This document shows, piece after piece, positions 20,274 through 29,702 of a stretch of 64,000 nt of DNA (the stretch's first letter is position 1; each line of letters begins with the position of its first letter). Below the pieces are notes generated by a model, which was given only the letters and a program-made list of their open reading frames with translations, was not told the origin of the DNA and did no database searches. The translations under genes and the position numbers were made by a program. Origin of the DNA: Patescibacteria group bacterium (lineage in GTDB: Bacteria; Patescibacteriota; Microgenomatia; UBA1400; PJMF01); contig JBGTEY010000013.1 of the NCBI GenBank assembly GCA_041747555.1, positions 80,814 through 144,813 of the forward strand, in the 5' to 3' direction.

Positions 20274-21337
20274 AAAAAATCTACAATGTTCCGTTTGCAC
20301 AAATTGCCCTTCATTCAGCCCCAGCTCGGGTAGAGAAGTTTTTCTCATCCTTACTATTCTCGCTCCCCAAACCTAGTGACATTCGTTTTTCTGTTGATCT
20401 TTTTTTTGAAAAAATCACTGACAATGCTTCCTCAGGCAAACTTGAGAAAAGGAGTGCCCGAGTAGGGAATGATTTCTACATTTTGGATACCAAACAAAAT
20501 CGAGCAAAAATTAACTTTCATGAGTTTTCTGATAAAAAAATCAAGCTATCTGTTGATCCAAATTTTGACCTCTACTATCTATACACATTTGTTGTCGAGC
20601 CACTTCTAGTAATTTGGTCCGCAAGTCACGATGTTGCTTACCTCCACGCTAGCGCAACTGAACAAAACGGTGAAGCAACAGTATTTTGTGCCTGGAGAAA
20701 CACAGGAAAAACCAACCAAATCCTCAAGCGATGTCAAGAGGGTCATAACTTTATGGGCGACGACTACTGCATAGTGTCTGAAAAAAATGTGTATCTCTAT
20801 CCCAAAACTATCAACGTTTTCTCATACAACCTGAAAGCATTTCCAGCAATTTTTTCTACACTACCAATGGCAACTGCACTGCGACTTAAAATAACTATGG
20901 CACTTAAATCTTCACTCCACTCACTTTCGCAGATTACCACTGGTGGTCTTGCAAAAATATTGTATCGGATTTCAGAGCTCGCCGAAATTTCTACAAATAT
21001 AAAGCTCACACCAAGCATGCTACACTCGAGCGTAACGTGCTCAGCTCAGTTAAAATCGATGTCCATTCTCCTCAAAACCGACAGTAGTGACAAGGAGTCC
21101 AGCGCACTATCTAAATCAGAAGCAGTCCAAAAGTTAAGAACAATTCAGTTGTATGAGCTCAAAGACTTTTTCGAAATTTTTGCTCAGTATCAATTTTTAT
21201 TTTCAAGCCATACTGAGTCAGTAGCTCAGATTATTAATTTTTCTAAGCAATACGCATCTGCTTTAAGTAAAAACGTATCTTCTGTAACTCTGTCACCAGT
21301 GTTTTCAAAAAAAATAATTGATCGGAACAATATATGA
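20270..21337 (+). CDS. HprK-related P-loop NTPase/kinase-like protein B
   Basis: LHASA...VFCAWRNTGKT (variant Walker A), then FMGDDY. Confidence 0.6.
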   Translation: MKKIYNVPFAQIALHSAPARVEKFFSSLLFSLPKPSDIRFSVDLFFEKITDNASSGKLEKRSARVGNDFYILDTKQNRAKINFHEFSDKKIKLSVDPNFDLYYLYTFVVEPLLVIWSASHDVAYLHASATEQNGEATVFCAWRNTGKTNQILKRCQEGHNFMGDDYCIVSEKNVYLYPKTINVFSYNLKAFPAIFSTLPMATALRLKITMALKSSLHSLSQITTGGLAKILYRISELAEISTNIKLTPSMLHSSVTCSAQLKSMSILLKTDSSDKESSALSKSEAVQKLRTIQLYELKDFFEIFAQYQFLFSSHTESVAQIINFSKQYASALSKNVSSVTLSPVFSKKIIDRNNI

Positions 21338-22404
21338 TTGCAATCCTCACGGGAACTCGGCCAGAAATAATCAAAATCGCACCTGTCTTGCGAGAATTAC
21401 GGAAAAGAAACATTCCTCACATTTTCATTCACTCGAACCAACATTACTCTAAAGAGATGGATGCAACAATCATAAAAGATCTCAATCTCCCCACTCCAGA
21501 CTATAATTTTGGCGTCGGATCTGGATCGCACGCTGTTCAGACGGGCAAAATTATGGAACACGTTGAGACACTCTGCAATGAAGTCAAACCACAAATTCTC
21601 GTCGTTCATGGTGACACAAATACCACACTCGCGGGTGCGCTCGCAGCCAAAAAAGTTCACACGCCTGTGGCACATATAGAAGCCGGTCTCAGAAGCTTTG
21701 ACTATCGAATGCCCGAAGAAATCAATAGAACCATTGTCGATAGGATAAGTGACGTACTTCTCGCACCTACCAAACAAGCCAAAGCAAATCTTAAAAAAGA
21801 AGGAATCACCGGTAAAAAAGTAGTAGTAACCGGTAACACTGTTGTTGACGCACTTAGACAGCATGTTGCTCTAACAAAAAAGTCAAATATCCTGAATAAA
21901 AACAATTTAGAGGAAAATAAGTATATTCTAGTGACCGCACACCGTGCAGAAAATGTCGACACCAAGCCTGCTCTCGAAAAACTAGTTGCGCTCCTCAATC
22001 ACGCGCAAAATAAAACTAATCTCCCGATCTATTGGCCGCTTCACCCAAGAACAAAACAACGCCTCGAAGAGTTTAATATCAAACTTTCAAAGAAAATAAC
22101 TACCAGTAAACCAATTGGGTACATTGACATGCTAACAGTACTCAATAATGCAAATGTAGTTCTCACTGATTCAGGCGGCATCCAAGAAGAAGCCTTTATA
22201 CTCAAAAAACCACTGATCACTTTACGCGACTCAACGGAACGCCCAGAAACTCTCACCGCAAACTTTGTCGTGCACACCAGCAAGAAAAAATTTGATGAAG
22301 CACTTAAAGCATATGGTGATGAAGCAGTAGAGTGGACGGACGCGCTTGGTGATGGTCTGGCAAGCACTCGCATTGTAGACGCACTTTTGAAATTTATTAC
22401 CTGA
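21334..22404 (+). CDS. wecB: UDP-N-acetylglucosamine 2-epimerase (non-hydrolysing)
   Basis: GTRPEIIK, VHGDT, HIEAGLRS, MPEEINR, HRAEN, TDSGGIQEEA, TERPE. Confidence 0.95.
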   Translation: MIAILTGTRPEIIKIAPVLRELRKRNIPHIFIHSNQHYSKEMDATIIKDLNLPTPDYNFGVGSGSHAVQTGKIMEHVETLCNEVKPQILVVHGDTNTTLAGALAAKKVHTPVAHIEAGLRSFDYRMPEEINRTIVDRISDVLLAPTKQAKANLKKEGITGKKVVVTGNTVVDALRQHVALTKKSNILNKNNLEENKYILVTAHRAENVDTKPALEKLVALLNHAQNKTNLPIYWPLHPRTKQRLEEFNIKLSKKITTSKPIGYIDMLTVLNNANVVLTDSGGIQEEAFILKKPLITLRDSTERPETLTANFVVHTSKKKFDEALKAYGDEAVEWTDALGDGLASTRIVDALLKFIT

Positions 22405-22414
22405 GGAACTGTAC

Positions 22415-23656
22415 ATGACTGCTCAATCAAATCGCACACAAGTTATTGGCCTCGGTTACATCGGGCTACCCACCGCACTCCTCTTGGCGGATACGGGACT
22501 TGAAGTAATTGGAGTTGATGTCGATCAGAATAAGATTAACGCCTTAAAAGCAAACAAATTATACTTCAATGAACCTGGACTAGAAAAGCTTTATACAAAG
22601 GCGCAAGATAAAAAGTTCTCTGCTGGGAGTACAGTGCAGCCCTCAGACACCTTTGTGATCGCCGTCCCCACACCTCAGAATGCGGGCACAGCAGACCTAA
22701 CATATGTCATAAGTGCTCTCAGATCGATTGAACCAGTTTTTCAACCAGGTAACTTGATTGTTATTGAATCCACCGTAGGTCCCAGAGATTGTGTCGATCA
22801 CATACTCCCACTGATAAAAAAATGGAACAAACCATTTTTATTCTCCCATTGTCCTGAACGAGCAATACCAGGGAATACACTCCACGAAATGGTCCATAAT
22901 GACCGCATAATCGGCGGAATTGATGAAGAGAGCAGGCAAGTTACCAAAGCTTTGTATGCATCATTTGTAAAAGGAAACATCTATCTCACCGACCCAACAA
23001 CCGCCGCCGCATGCAAAGTTATGGAAAACACCTATCGTAGTGTCAATATTGCACTCGCCAACGAATTCGCAAAATTAGCAGAAAGACTTGATTTTAATTG
23101 CTGGGAAGCGATCGAACTTGCCAATAAGCACCCAAGAGTTCAAATTCACAGTCCTGGGCCGGGAGTTGGTGGTCACTGTATTCCGATCGATCCATGGTTT
23201 TTTGTTCGGGAGCAGCGTTCTGAAGAAAGTCTAATACGTCACGCGCTAGAAATTAATACTAAAATGGCGAATCATGTTGTGGAGGCAGTTTCTGAAGCGA
23301 TCAAGTTGCTTGCTATTTCTAATCCAACAATCGGAATTCTAGGAGTTGCGTACAAAAAAAATGTTGACGATGCGCGCGAAACACCAGCCGCAAGGATTGC
23401 TGAGTTATTTTCTGAAAAATTCCAAGTACTCATGACCGATGAGCACGTCAAACAAGATGATCTTAAATCGCTCGAGCAAGTACTTTCAACGTGTAGCGTA
23501 ATTGTGCTGGTGACAGATCACGACCAATATGCTGAAATAAACTTTTCAGAGTATCCAAATATTAAACTCGTCTATGACACCAGAAACTGCATTTCAGCAA
23601 ACGCGTTTGACAACTCATCCGCAGTCCACTTGACCATCGGAAAGAAATCTTCATGA
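22415..23656 (+). CDS. wecC: UDP-N-acetylmannosamine dehydrogenase (nucleotide-sugar dehydrogenase)
   Basis: GLGYIGLPTA, AVPTP, CPERAIPG, ENTYRSVNIALANE, PGPGVGGHCIPIDP; adjacent to wecB. Confidence 0.9.
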   Translation: MTAQSNRTQVIGLGYIGLPTALLLADTGLEVIGVDVDQNKINALKANKLYFNEPGLEKLYTKAQDKKFSAGSTVQPSDTFVIAVPTPQNAGTADLTYVISALRSIEPVFQPGNLIVIESTVGPRDCVDHILPLIKKWNKPFLFSHCPERAIPGNTLHEMVHNDRIIGGIDEESRQVTKALYASFVKGNIYLTDPTTAAACKVMENTYRSVNIALANEFAKLAERLDFNCWEAIELANKHPRVQIHSPGPGVGGHCIPIDPWFFVREQRSEESLIRHALEINTKMANHVVEAVSEAIKLLAISNPTIGILGVAYKKNVDDARETPAARIAELFSEKFQVLMTDEHVKQDDLKSLEQVLSTCSVIVLVTDHDQYAEINFSEYPNIKLVYDTRNCISANAFDNSSAVHLTIGKKSS

Positions 23657-24816
23657 ACATCCTCATCGTCTCAGATTATTTTCAACCAAAAATTGGGTAT
23701 GCAAAACCTCAAGTAGCTAAGGCATTGCAAACGGCGGGACACACAGTTGAAGTACTTACATCAGAACGCTACTTTCCATTTCATAATTACGAAAATAGCG
23801 TACAAAAAACAATTGGTAAAAGAATTCGCTCCGTTGGGACAAAGATGGAAAATGGAATCAAAGTAACGCGAAAAAAAACAATTTTTGAATACTTCACGAG
23901 AACCTATTTTGAAGACTTAGAGTCTGAATTAGTAAAACGAAAACCTGATTTGGTAATTGTGTTTGGCATGAGTTCTCCAAGCATGGTGCGGGTTGCACGA
24001 CTTAAGTATAAACATAAATTCAAGTTAACCGCTGTAGATAGTCATTTACCATCTGAACTGAGTCAAGGTAACGCATTTTTTAAGCAAATTTTTTACGGAG
24101 TCTTCAGATTACTATTTTCTAAAACTATCAGTCAATCACTCGACGTATGTGTAGCGCTACAAGACGATACAACCCAAGTTATTAGAGAGACGTTTGGTAT
24201 TAAAAAAAATGTTACCGTAGTTCCAAATGGTACAAATATCGAACAGTTTCAATACACCAAAACTGGTGCCGCCAAGGTTAAAAAGGACTTCCACATACCT
24301 AGAAACAAAACTATCATCATGTATTCAGGTAAAATAATCAAAGAAAAAGGAGTCCACTTACTTGCCGCGGCGTTTGCTAAGATAATAAGTAAAAATAAAA
24401 ACGTCCACTTACTCCTTGTTGGTGATGGCCCAAAAGAATACATCGATCAAGTTAAGAATACCCTAGAAAAGCATTCTGGTACGCTCACCATAACAGGCTT
24501 CCAACCTCACGAATCAATGCAAAATTTCTATTCAGCAGCTGATATTGCTGTATGGCCGCTCCAGGAATCTCTGGCTATGGTCGATGCTGCTGCGTGCTCT
24601 ATACCGTTCATTGCAAACGACACGCTTGGTGATAAAACAAGAATTAGCAACAATAATGCATTGTTATACAAAAAAGAAAATCTAAACGATTTAGTAGAAA
24701 AAATTACAAGATTAGTTACTGACCCAGAATTAAGGAAACAAATGGGAAAACGCGGCAGAACATTAGTAGAAAACACATTATCATGGAACGCATTATGCTT
24801 ACGATTTTTACCCTAA
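23653..24816 (+). CDS. GT4 family glycosyltransferase
   Basis: VPNG, YSGKIIKEKG, VGDGP; the Ex7E motif is degenerate (QESLAMVDAAAC). Confidence 0.85.
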   Translation: MNILIVSDYFQPKIGYAKPQVAKALQTAGHTVEVLTSERYFPFHNYENSVQKTIGKRIRSVGTKMENGIKVTRKKTIFEYFTRTYFEDLESELVKRKPDLVIVFGMSSPSMVRVARLKYKHKFKLTAVDSHLPSELSQGNAFFKQIFYGVFRLLFSKTISQSLDVCVALQDDTTQVIRETFGIKKNVTVVPNGTNIEQFQYTKTGAAKVKKDFHIPRNKTIIMYSGKIIKEKGVHLLAAAFAKIISKNKNVHLLLVGDGPKEYIDQVKNTLEKHSGTLTITGFQPHESMQNFYSAADIAVWPLQESLAMVDAAACSIPFIANDTLGDKTRISNNNALLYKKENLNDLVEKITRLVTDPELRKQMGKRGRTLVENTLSWNALCLRFLP

Positions 24817-25538
24817 AAGTTATTTCACAGCTACAGAGTAGACTTGAGAAAATGAGACATTATTTTCTCAGCAATAACTCGTCAATTGAGCTCTTTCCTT
24901 TGCTCAAAAATAATAGCTATCAATTTAAGCCAAACGGCGTGTATCTTCGTCGTTTTCAAGCACATGTGTCTGCTATCCCGGGTATGATCACCGATGTGGA
25001 GGCAAATGCTTTGCTTCAAATTTGTGCAACTCAAACCATGCGTGGCGATGTCGTTGAAATCGGTAGTTGGTTGGGCAAGTCCACGGTACATCTGGCTCAG
25101 GGGTGTTCGATCGCTGGTAACGGAATTGTGCATGCAGTTGACACATTCAAAGGCAACCCAGGAAAAGAGCATATGTACAAAGCACCCCTTGCAGATCACG
25201 AGACCATTTATAGTAGATTTAAACTGCACGTATCACGCGCAGGAGTCACAAAGCAGGTAAAAGTGCACAAAATGACATCCGAATCTGCAAAAAAACTAAT
25301 CAGAAAAAAACTCCGCCTCGTTTTCATTGATGGGTGCCACGAATATGAGCCAGCCTTGAAGGACATTCGCTGGTGGGGTAAAAAACTTCAGCCAGGCGGG
25401 TTGCTACTCCTTGATGACTTTACACATCAATTTCCCGGTGTAATTAAAGCAGTCCAAGAAGAAATAATAGAGAAACCAGACGACTTTACGGTGCTGTATC
25501 AATACGACTCACTTTTGGTAGTCAAAAAAAATGATTGA
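24783..25538 (+). CDS. Class I SAM-dependent methyltransferase (Methyltransf_24-like)
   Basis: VVEIGSWLGKST, AVDTF, FIDGCHEYE...D, GGLLLLDD. Start is uncertain. Confidence 0.85.
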   Translation: MERIMLTIFTLKVISQLQSRLEKMRHYFLSNNSSIELFPLLKNNSYQFKPNGVYLRRFQAHVSAIPGMITDVEANALLQICATQTMRGDVVEIGSWLGKSTVHLAQGCSIAGNGIVHAVDTFKGNPGKEHMYKAPLADHETIYSRFKLHVSRAGVTKQVKVHKMTSESAKKLIRKKLRLVFIDGCHEYEPALKDIRWWGKKLQPGGLLLLDDFTHQFPGVIKAVQEEIIEKPDDFTVLYQYDSLLVVKKND

Positions 25539-26616
25539 CAACACTGTCCCTATCACCAGAGCAGTTTCTTGGCTCAAACGCGCGCAAGACGCCACCCCTG
25601 ATGGTGGTGTATCTGCTTGGTTTTCACTAATTAACGGTTGGCAACCCTCATACATTGAAACAACGGGTTACATTATCAATACGTTTTTTGCATGTAGCGA
25701 ACGACTTGAAGATCCCGATCTCTATGAGCGAGCAGTTCGAATGACAGATTTTCTCGTAGAAATGCAACACAAAAATGGCGGATATCGTGCCTATGGACCA
25801 GATCAGGGAGATTCTGAACGGGTCGTAGTCTTTAACACAGGTCAAGATTTACTGGGTATGTGCAAGGCATATGAAAAAACTGGTGACGAAAAGTATCGTG
25901 ACTCAGCGCACAAAGCTGCAAAATTCTTAGCAAGTATTCAAGAAAAAAATGGTTCATGGATCTCGCACACTTTTGGAAACAAACCGCACACCTACCATAC
26001 TCGAGTAGCTTGGGGGATGCTTAAGGTCGCAGAGATTACCTCAGAACATTCTATTAAAAAAGCAGCAGAAAAAACTCTTGAGTGGGCCTCTAAACAACAG
26101 CATCAGAATGGATGGTTTGCTCAAAATGAACTTGAACACCCCAAGGTCAGAGAGCCCTTTACCCACACTATTTCATATGCCATTGAAGGATTTTTGTGGT
26201 CAGGGATTTTGCTTAATCGCCCTGATTTAATTACGGTGGCATTGCGAGGCGCAACCCCATTACTTAATTATTATCTTGAACACAACAAACTACCCGCAAC
26301 TTTTAATAAACATTGGCAAACCAATGATCGCTATGAATGCTTGACGGGAAATGCACAAATTTCTTTGATGTGGCTCAAACTTTACCAGCTCACGGGTGAT
26401 TGGCGTTTTAGAACAGGTGGAGTGAAAATGAATACTCAACTTAGAAATGTACAATCCAAAAGCATTTTAACCTCAATTGATGGTGCCATTGCCGGAAGCG
26501 CACCAATCTGGGGAGATATAGCAAGAAATGTCGGCTACTGCAGATTGGCATACCCAAATTGGGCAGTCAAGTTTTATATAGATGCGCTACTAGAGGAGGG
26601 GTATGTTAGTTATTAA
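25531..26616 (+). CDS. (alpha/alpha)-barrel protein with prenyltransferase/squalene-cyclase-type repeats, function unknown
   Basis: Repeated W/FL..xQ..xG.W units (WLKRAQD..DGG, FLVEMQHKNGGY, FLASIQEKNGSW, WASKQQHQNGWF); SYIETTGY, CLTGNAQ, YPNWAVKF. Confidence 0.7.
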   Translation: MIDNTVPITRAVSWLKRAQDATPDGGVSAWFSLINGWQPSYIETTGYIINTFFACSERLEDPDLYERAVRMTDFLVEMQHKNGGYRAYGPDQGDSERVVVFNTGQDLLGMCKAYEKTGDEKYRDSAHKAAKFLASIQEKNGSWISHTFGNKPHTYHTRVAWGMLKVAEITSEHSIKKAAEKTLEWASKQQHQNGWFAQNELEHPKVREPFTHTISYAIEGFLWSGILLNRPDLITVALRGATPLLNYYLEHNKLPATFNKHWQTNDRYECLTGNAQISLMWLKLYQLTGDWRFRTGGVKMNTQLRNVQSKSILTSIDGAIAGSAPIWGDIARNVGYCRLAYPNWAVKFYIDALLEEGYVSY

Positions 26617-27478
26617 ACAACTCAAAAAATTACTGACACATTCAAACTGCAAAGATAAAAAAATTCTGACGATTCTCAAAGTAATACTGTGGAAATTCAA
26701 TCAACTCACCTTTAAAAAACCAATAATTTCACCATTTTCTGACAGTACCAAACTTGTCTGTTATCCGGATAGTTCGTATGGTGGCTATGTTTTTTTTGCT
26801 CGATATCCAGAAGTTGAAGAAATGGATTTTATAAAAAGCATTGTGAGCGATTCTGACACGATTATCGACGTTGGAGCAAACATTGGGGCAATTACCGTAC
26901 TTGCAGCATCAAAGGCTCTAAAGGGCCACGTCCACGCCTTTGAACCCACACCAGAGCTCATTCCCAGGATTCATGAAAATGTAGCCCTCAACAACCTCTC
27001 TGAGCGGGTCACAATCAACCAGCTTGCCGTTGGCGACGAAAACGGCACAATTCAATTCACACAGGGATCGCATTCTGAAGTAAATAAAATTTATAAAAGA
27101 GAATCTGGTGACAATACCAAGACTTTAGATGTACGAAGCATTACGCTCGACACGTATGCTAAAAATACCAAAATACGCCATATTCATCTTCTAAAAGTCG
27201 ATGTTGAGGGCGCTGAACTGTTGGTCTTTAGGGGCGCAAAATCTATTCTAAGAAGCACAGATGTTATTGTGTTTGAAGTAAATAAAAACTGCACACAATT
27301 TGGGTATACAGCTGATGAACTCGTTGATCACATTCGCACCAAAGGTTTCTTTGTATTCGCACTCACCTCAGTCAAACTCGTCCTTATCAATCAGCTCGGG
27401 TCAATCAATCAAACAATCAATTTAGTTGCAGTCAAAAAAACACCACAAGCAGTTTCAAAGATTACGCACTACCTCTAA
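26603..27478 (+). CDS. FkbM family methyltransferase
   Basis: IDVGANIG, AFEP, ITLD, LKVDVEGAE. Confidence 0.92.
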   Translation: MLVIKQLKKLLTHSNCKDKKILTILKVILWKFNQLTFKKPIISPFSDSTKLVCYPDSSYGGYVFFARYPEVEEMDFIKSIVSDSDTIIDVGANIGAITVLAASKALKGHVHAFEPTPELIPRIHENVALNNLSERVTINQLAVGDENGTIQFTQGSHSEVNKIYKRESGDNTKTLDVRSITLDTYAKNTKIRHIHLLKVDVEGAELLVFRGAKSILRSTDVIVFEVNKNCTQFGYTADELVDHIRTKGFFVFALTSVKLVLINQLGSINQTINLVAVKKTPQAVSKITHYL

Positions 27479-27482
27479 AACC

Positions 27483-28190
27483 ATGTCTGTCACACATCAA
27501 AAAATAGCGCAGCTACTCATACCACTCTTTGTGAATAATCCAAAAATATCGTTGATCGATTATGGATGTGGAGATGGTGAATTACTCAGGTATATTTCAC
27601 CAAAAAAAATTCTCAAATACCAAGGATTTGATATCAGTCAAAAAGCTATACATGTTGCCAAAAAAAAACATCCAGAAAAATTTGCTTCATTTCAAAAAAT
27701 TGAACCCAACACGCTCGTGAGGTTTGGTAAAAAGAACTCAAATCATGCGGTCGCACTGATCGGAGTGGCGCAGTACTTATCTGATCAGGAATTGGCCGGA
27801 GTATTACGAGAAGCGCATAAGACCTTAACCACAGACGGCAGGTTGGTCATTAGTTGTTCAGTTGATCACACCATTTATAGGATATGTAATATGTATCGTT
27901 TTTTTATACCTCATCAGTATGTTCAGAGAAGTGAAATTATAGATACAATAAAACAATCTGGTTTTAGAATTTCACACGCTTCAGAGCGTGGTCTCATATT
28001 TGCCCCGTTGTTTTCTAATGTGCTGTCACTCTTTTTTGATGGTATTGATCAAGTATTTTTAAGAACCAAAGGCGAAATTGGTCCCGTCGGTAGAGCTGTT
28101 CGATCACTGGTAGCGCCGATAATTGCAATCGAACATAAGCTCAATATAGATTTTGGCTATACGCTGTATTTAGTTGCCGAAAAAAAATAA
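27483..28190 (+). CDS. Class I SAM-dependent methyltransferase
   Basis: LIDYGCGDG, GFDIS, L..DGRLVI. Start moved to ATG 27483. Confidence 0.85.
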   Translation: MSVTHQKIAQLLIPLFVNNPKISLIDYGCGDGELLRYISPKKILKYQGFDISQKAIHVAKKKHPEKFASFQKIEPNTLVRFGKKNSNHAVALIGVAQYLSDQELAGVLREAHKTLTTDGRLVISCSVDHTIYRICNMYRFFIPHQYVQRSEIIDTIKQSGFRISHASERGLIFAPLFSNVLSLFFDGIDQVFLRTKGEIGPVGRAVRSLVAPIIAIEHKLNIDFGYTLYLVAEKK

Positions 28191-28192
28191 TG

Positions 28193-29701
28193 CTACTTTG
28201 ATATTTTTGGAGAATGATATTTAAGTATTTGCTTAAATAAGGAATAGTCAATAATTTTAGTGACAAAAACAAACGCGCTAAAGCAGAGTGTATAAACAAC
28301 TCCAGTGACAATAATATTCGTCGTTGTGATAGGAACAAAGTCGGTCACCAAGCGGAAAATAAATCCTCCCAGCAGTAACGAGCCCATACCAAAATAAGAC
28401 CAAGCTGGAAACTGCAGCTGAATATCTTTTCTTAAAATACCCACCAGCAGTACAGAAGCTAATACATACACAGTAATATTTGCAAAAATAACACCGGCAA
28501 TTCCATAGAAATAGGCTCCAAAACTTCCTAAAATGATACTGACTACAGCTAATATTCCTGACATCTGCAACCGTTCTTTTATTCTCCCCAGACCATTGAC
28601 CACAGAAGTCAAGTACGTCATGAGAATCAACGGTAAGTATCCTACGCTCATAATTTGCAAAAGATGGGCTGCCTCTGAGACCCATTTGTATCCAAAAAGT
28701 AATGAGATAACACTTTCAGGAAATATTAGTATGAATAACGTAAAGTACAAACTTGCCAACGGCACACCAACCAATAATTGATTCACCAGAACACTAATCT
28801 CCCCAAACTTCTTCTGCTCATGCAACTCAGACACCAACGGCACAATCATTTTACGCATCGGCTCAAGAAGCAGCGTCGCCACAGAAACTATAGGGAAAAT
28901 AATATTATACAACCCAACTTGCTCTATCGTCTGAAACGCTGTCAAGAAAATCATGTCAGTGTAATTAATTAAAATAAAAAGAGAGGTAGAAAAAAACGTC
29001 GGCACTGCGTATGCAAAGCATTTTTTTACAAGTTTAGGCTTCCAAACGAGTGGCACCGGCTCGCTTTTATATCGCTGGATATACATCAAAAACACAATCG
29101 CCACCAACACATACCCTGCCACAAACGCAGATGCATACCACAAAATATTTTTGACATCGTATAAAAAGAACCCAAGAGAAAATAAAAATGTAAACCCAAG
29201 TCGAATAAACTCAATTGCAGAATATTGCGCTTCTTTTTGCAGGCCAATCAGCAACTTCTGGATGCTCGAAATAACCCCATTTCCAATTAAATAGAGTGAA
29301 AACAGCCACAGCAATGGATACGCGCTCTCATGCTTAAAAAATGACTCAACCCAGAAATTGCTTGTCAACAACAAAAAGCCAGCAATACAAAATGACGTCA
29401 CCACCTCAATAATTTGATCATAGCGATAGAGCAGCCAACCTAGTTTAAACTTACCCTGATTAATAAACTTAGGAACAAAATAAGACACCGCGTGCCCAAA
29501 TCCCAAGTCGTTTACCATCGTCAGAAGCGCGAAAAACGACAGCATTGCATAAATCAGGCCGTACTCCTCGATACTCAAACTTCTCGAAAAAATCATCCGT
29601 ATCAAGTAGCCAAGGGGAGAGGTGATAATGGTAAAGAAAAAAATGACCGAGCTACCCTTCAGCAGCCGAGAGGTGGTAGATGGCGTGGGTTGCGTTTCCA
29701 T
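28193..29701 (-). CDS. Wzx-like oligosaccharide flippase (MOP/PST family)
   Basis: About 14 TM segments; R.LSIEEYG, DLG, YTDMIFL...VGLY, LLFG.KW. Confidence 0.85.
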   Translation of the reverse strand: METQPTPSTTSRLLKGSSVIFFFTIITSPLGYLIRMIFSRSLSIEEYGLIYAMLSFFALLTMVNDLGFGHAVSYFVPKFINQGKFKLGWLLYRYDQIIEVVTSFCIAGFLLLTSNFWVESFFKHESAYPLLWLFSLYLIGNGVISSIQKLLIGLQKEAQYSAIEFIRLGFTFLFSLGFFLYDVKNILWYASAFVAGYVLVAIVFLMYIQRYKSEPVPLVWKPKLVKKCFAYAVPTFFSTSLFILINYTDMIFLTAFQTIEQVGLYNIIFPIVSVATLLLEPMRKMIVPLVSELHEQKKFGEISVLVNQLLVGVPLASLYFTLFILIFPESVISLLFGYKWVSEAAHLLQIMSVGYLPLILMTYLTSVVNGLGRIKERLQMSGILAVVSIILGSFGAYFYGIAGVIFANITVYVLASVLLVGILRKDIQLQFPAWSYFGMGSLLLGGFIFRLVTDFVPITTTNIIVTGVVYTLCFSAFVFVTKIIDYSLFKQILKYHSPKISK

Positions 29702-29702
29702 C

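Noticed and set aside
19314-21337. Lasso peptide/RiPP cluster suggested by HprK-like kinases
   Set aside because: No precursor peptide, asparagine-synthetase-like cyclase, transglutaminase-like peptidase or PqqD/RRE gene nearby.
25531-26616. Squalene-hopene cyclase / terpene pathway
   Set aside because: Too short, no DxDD motif and no isoprenoid genes nearby.
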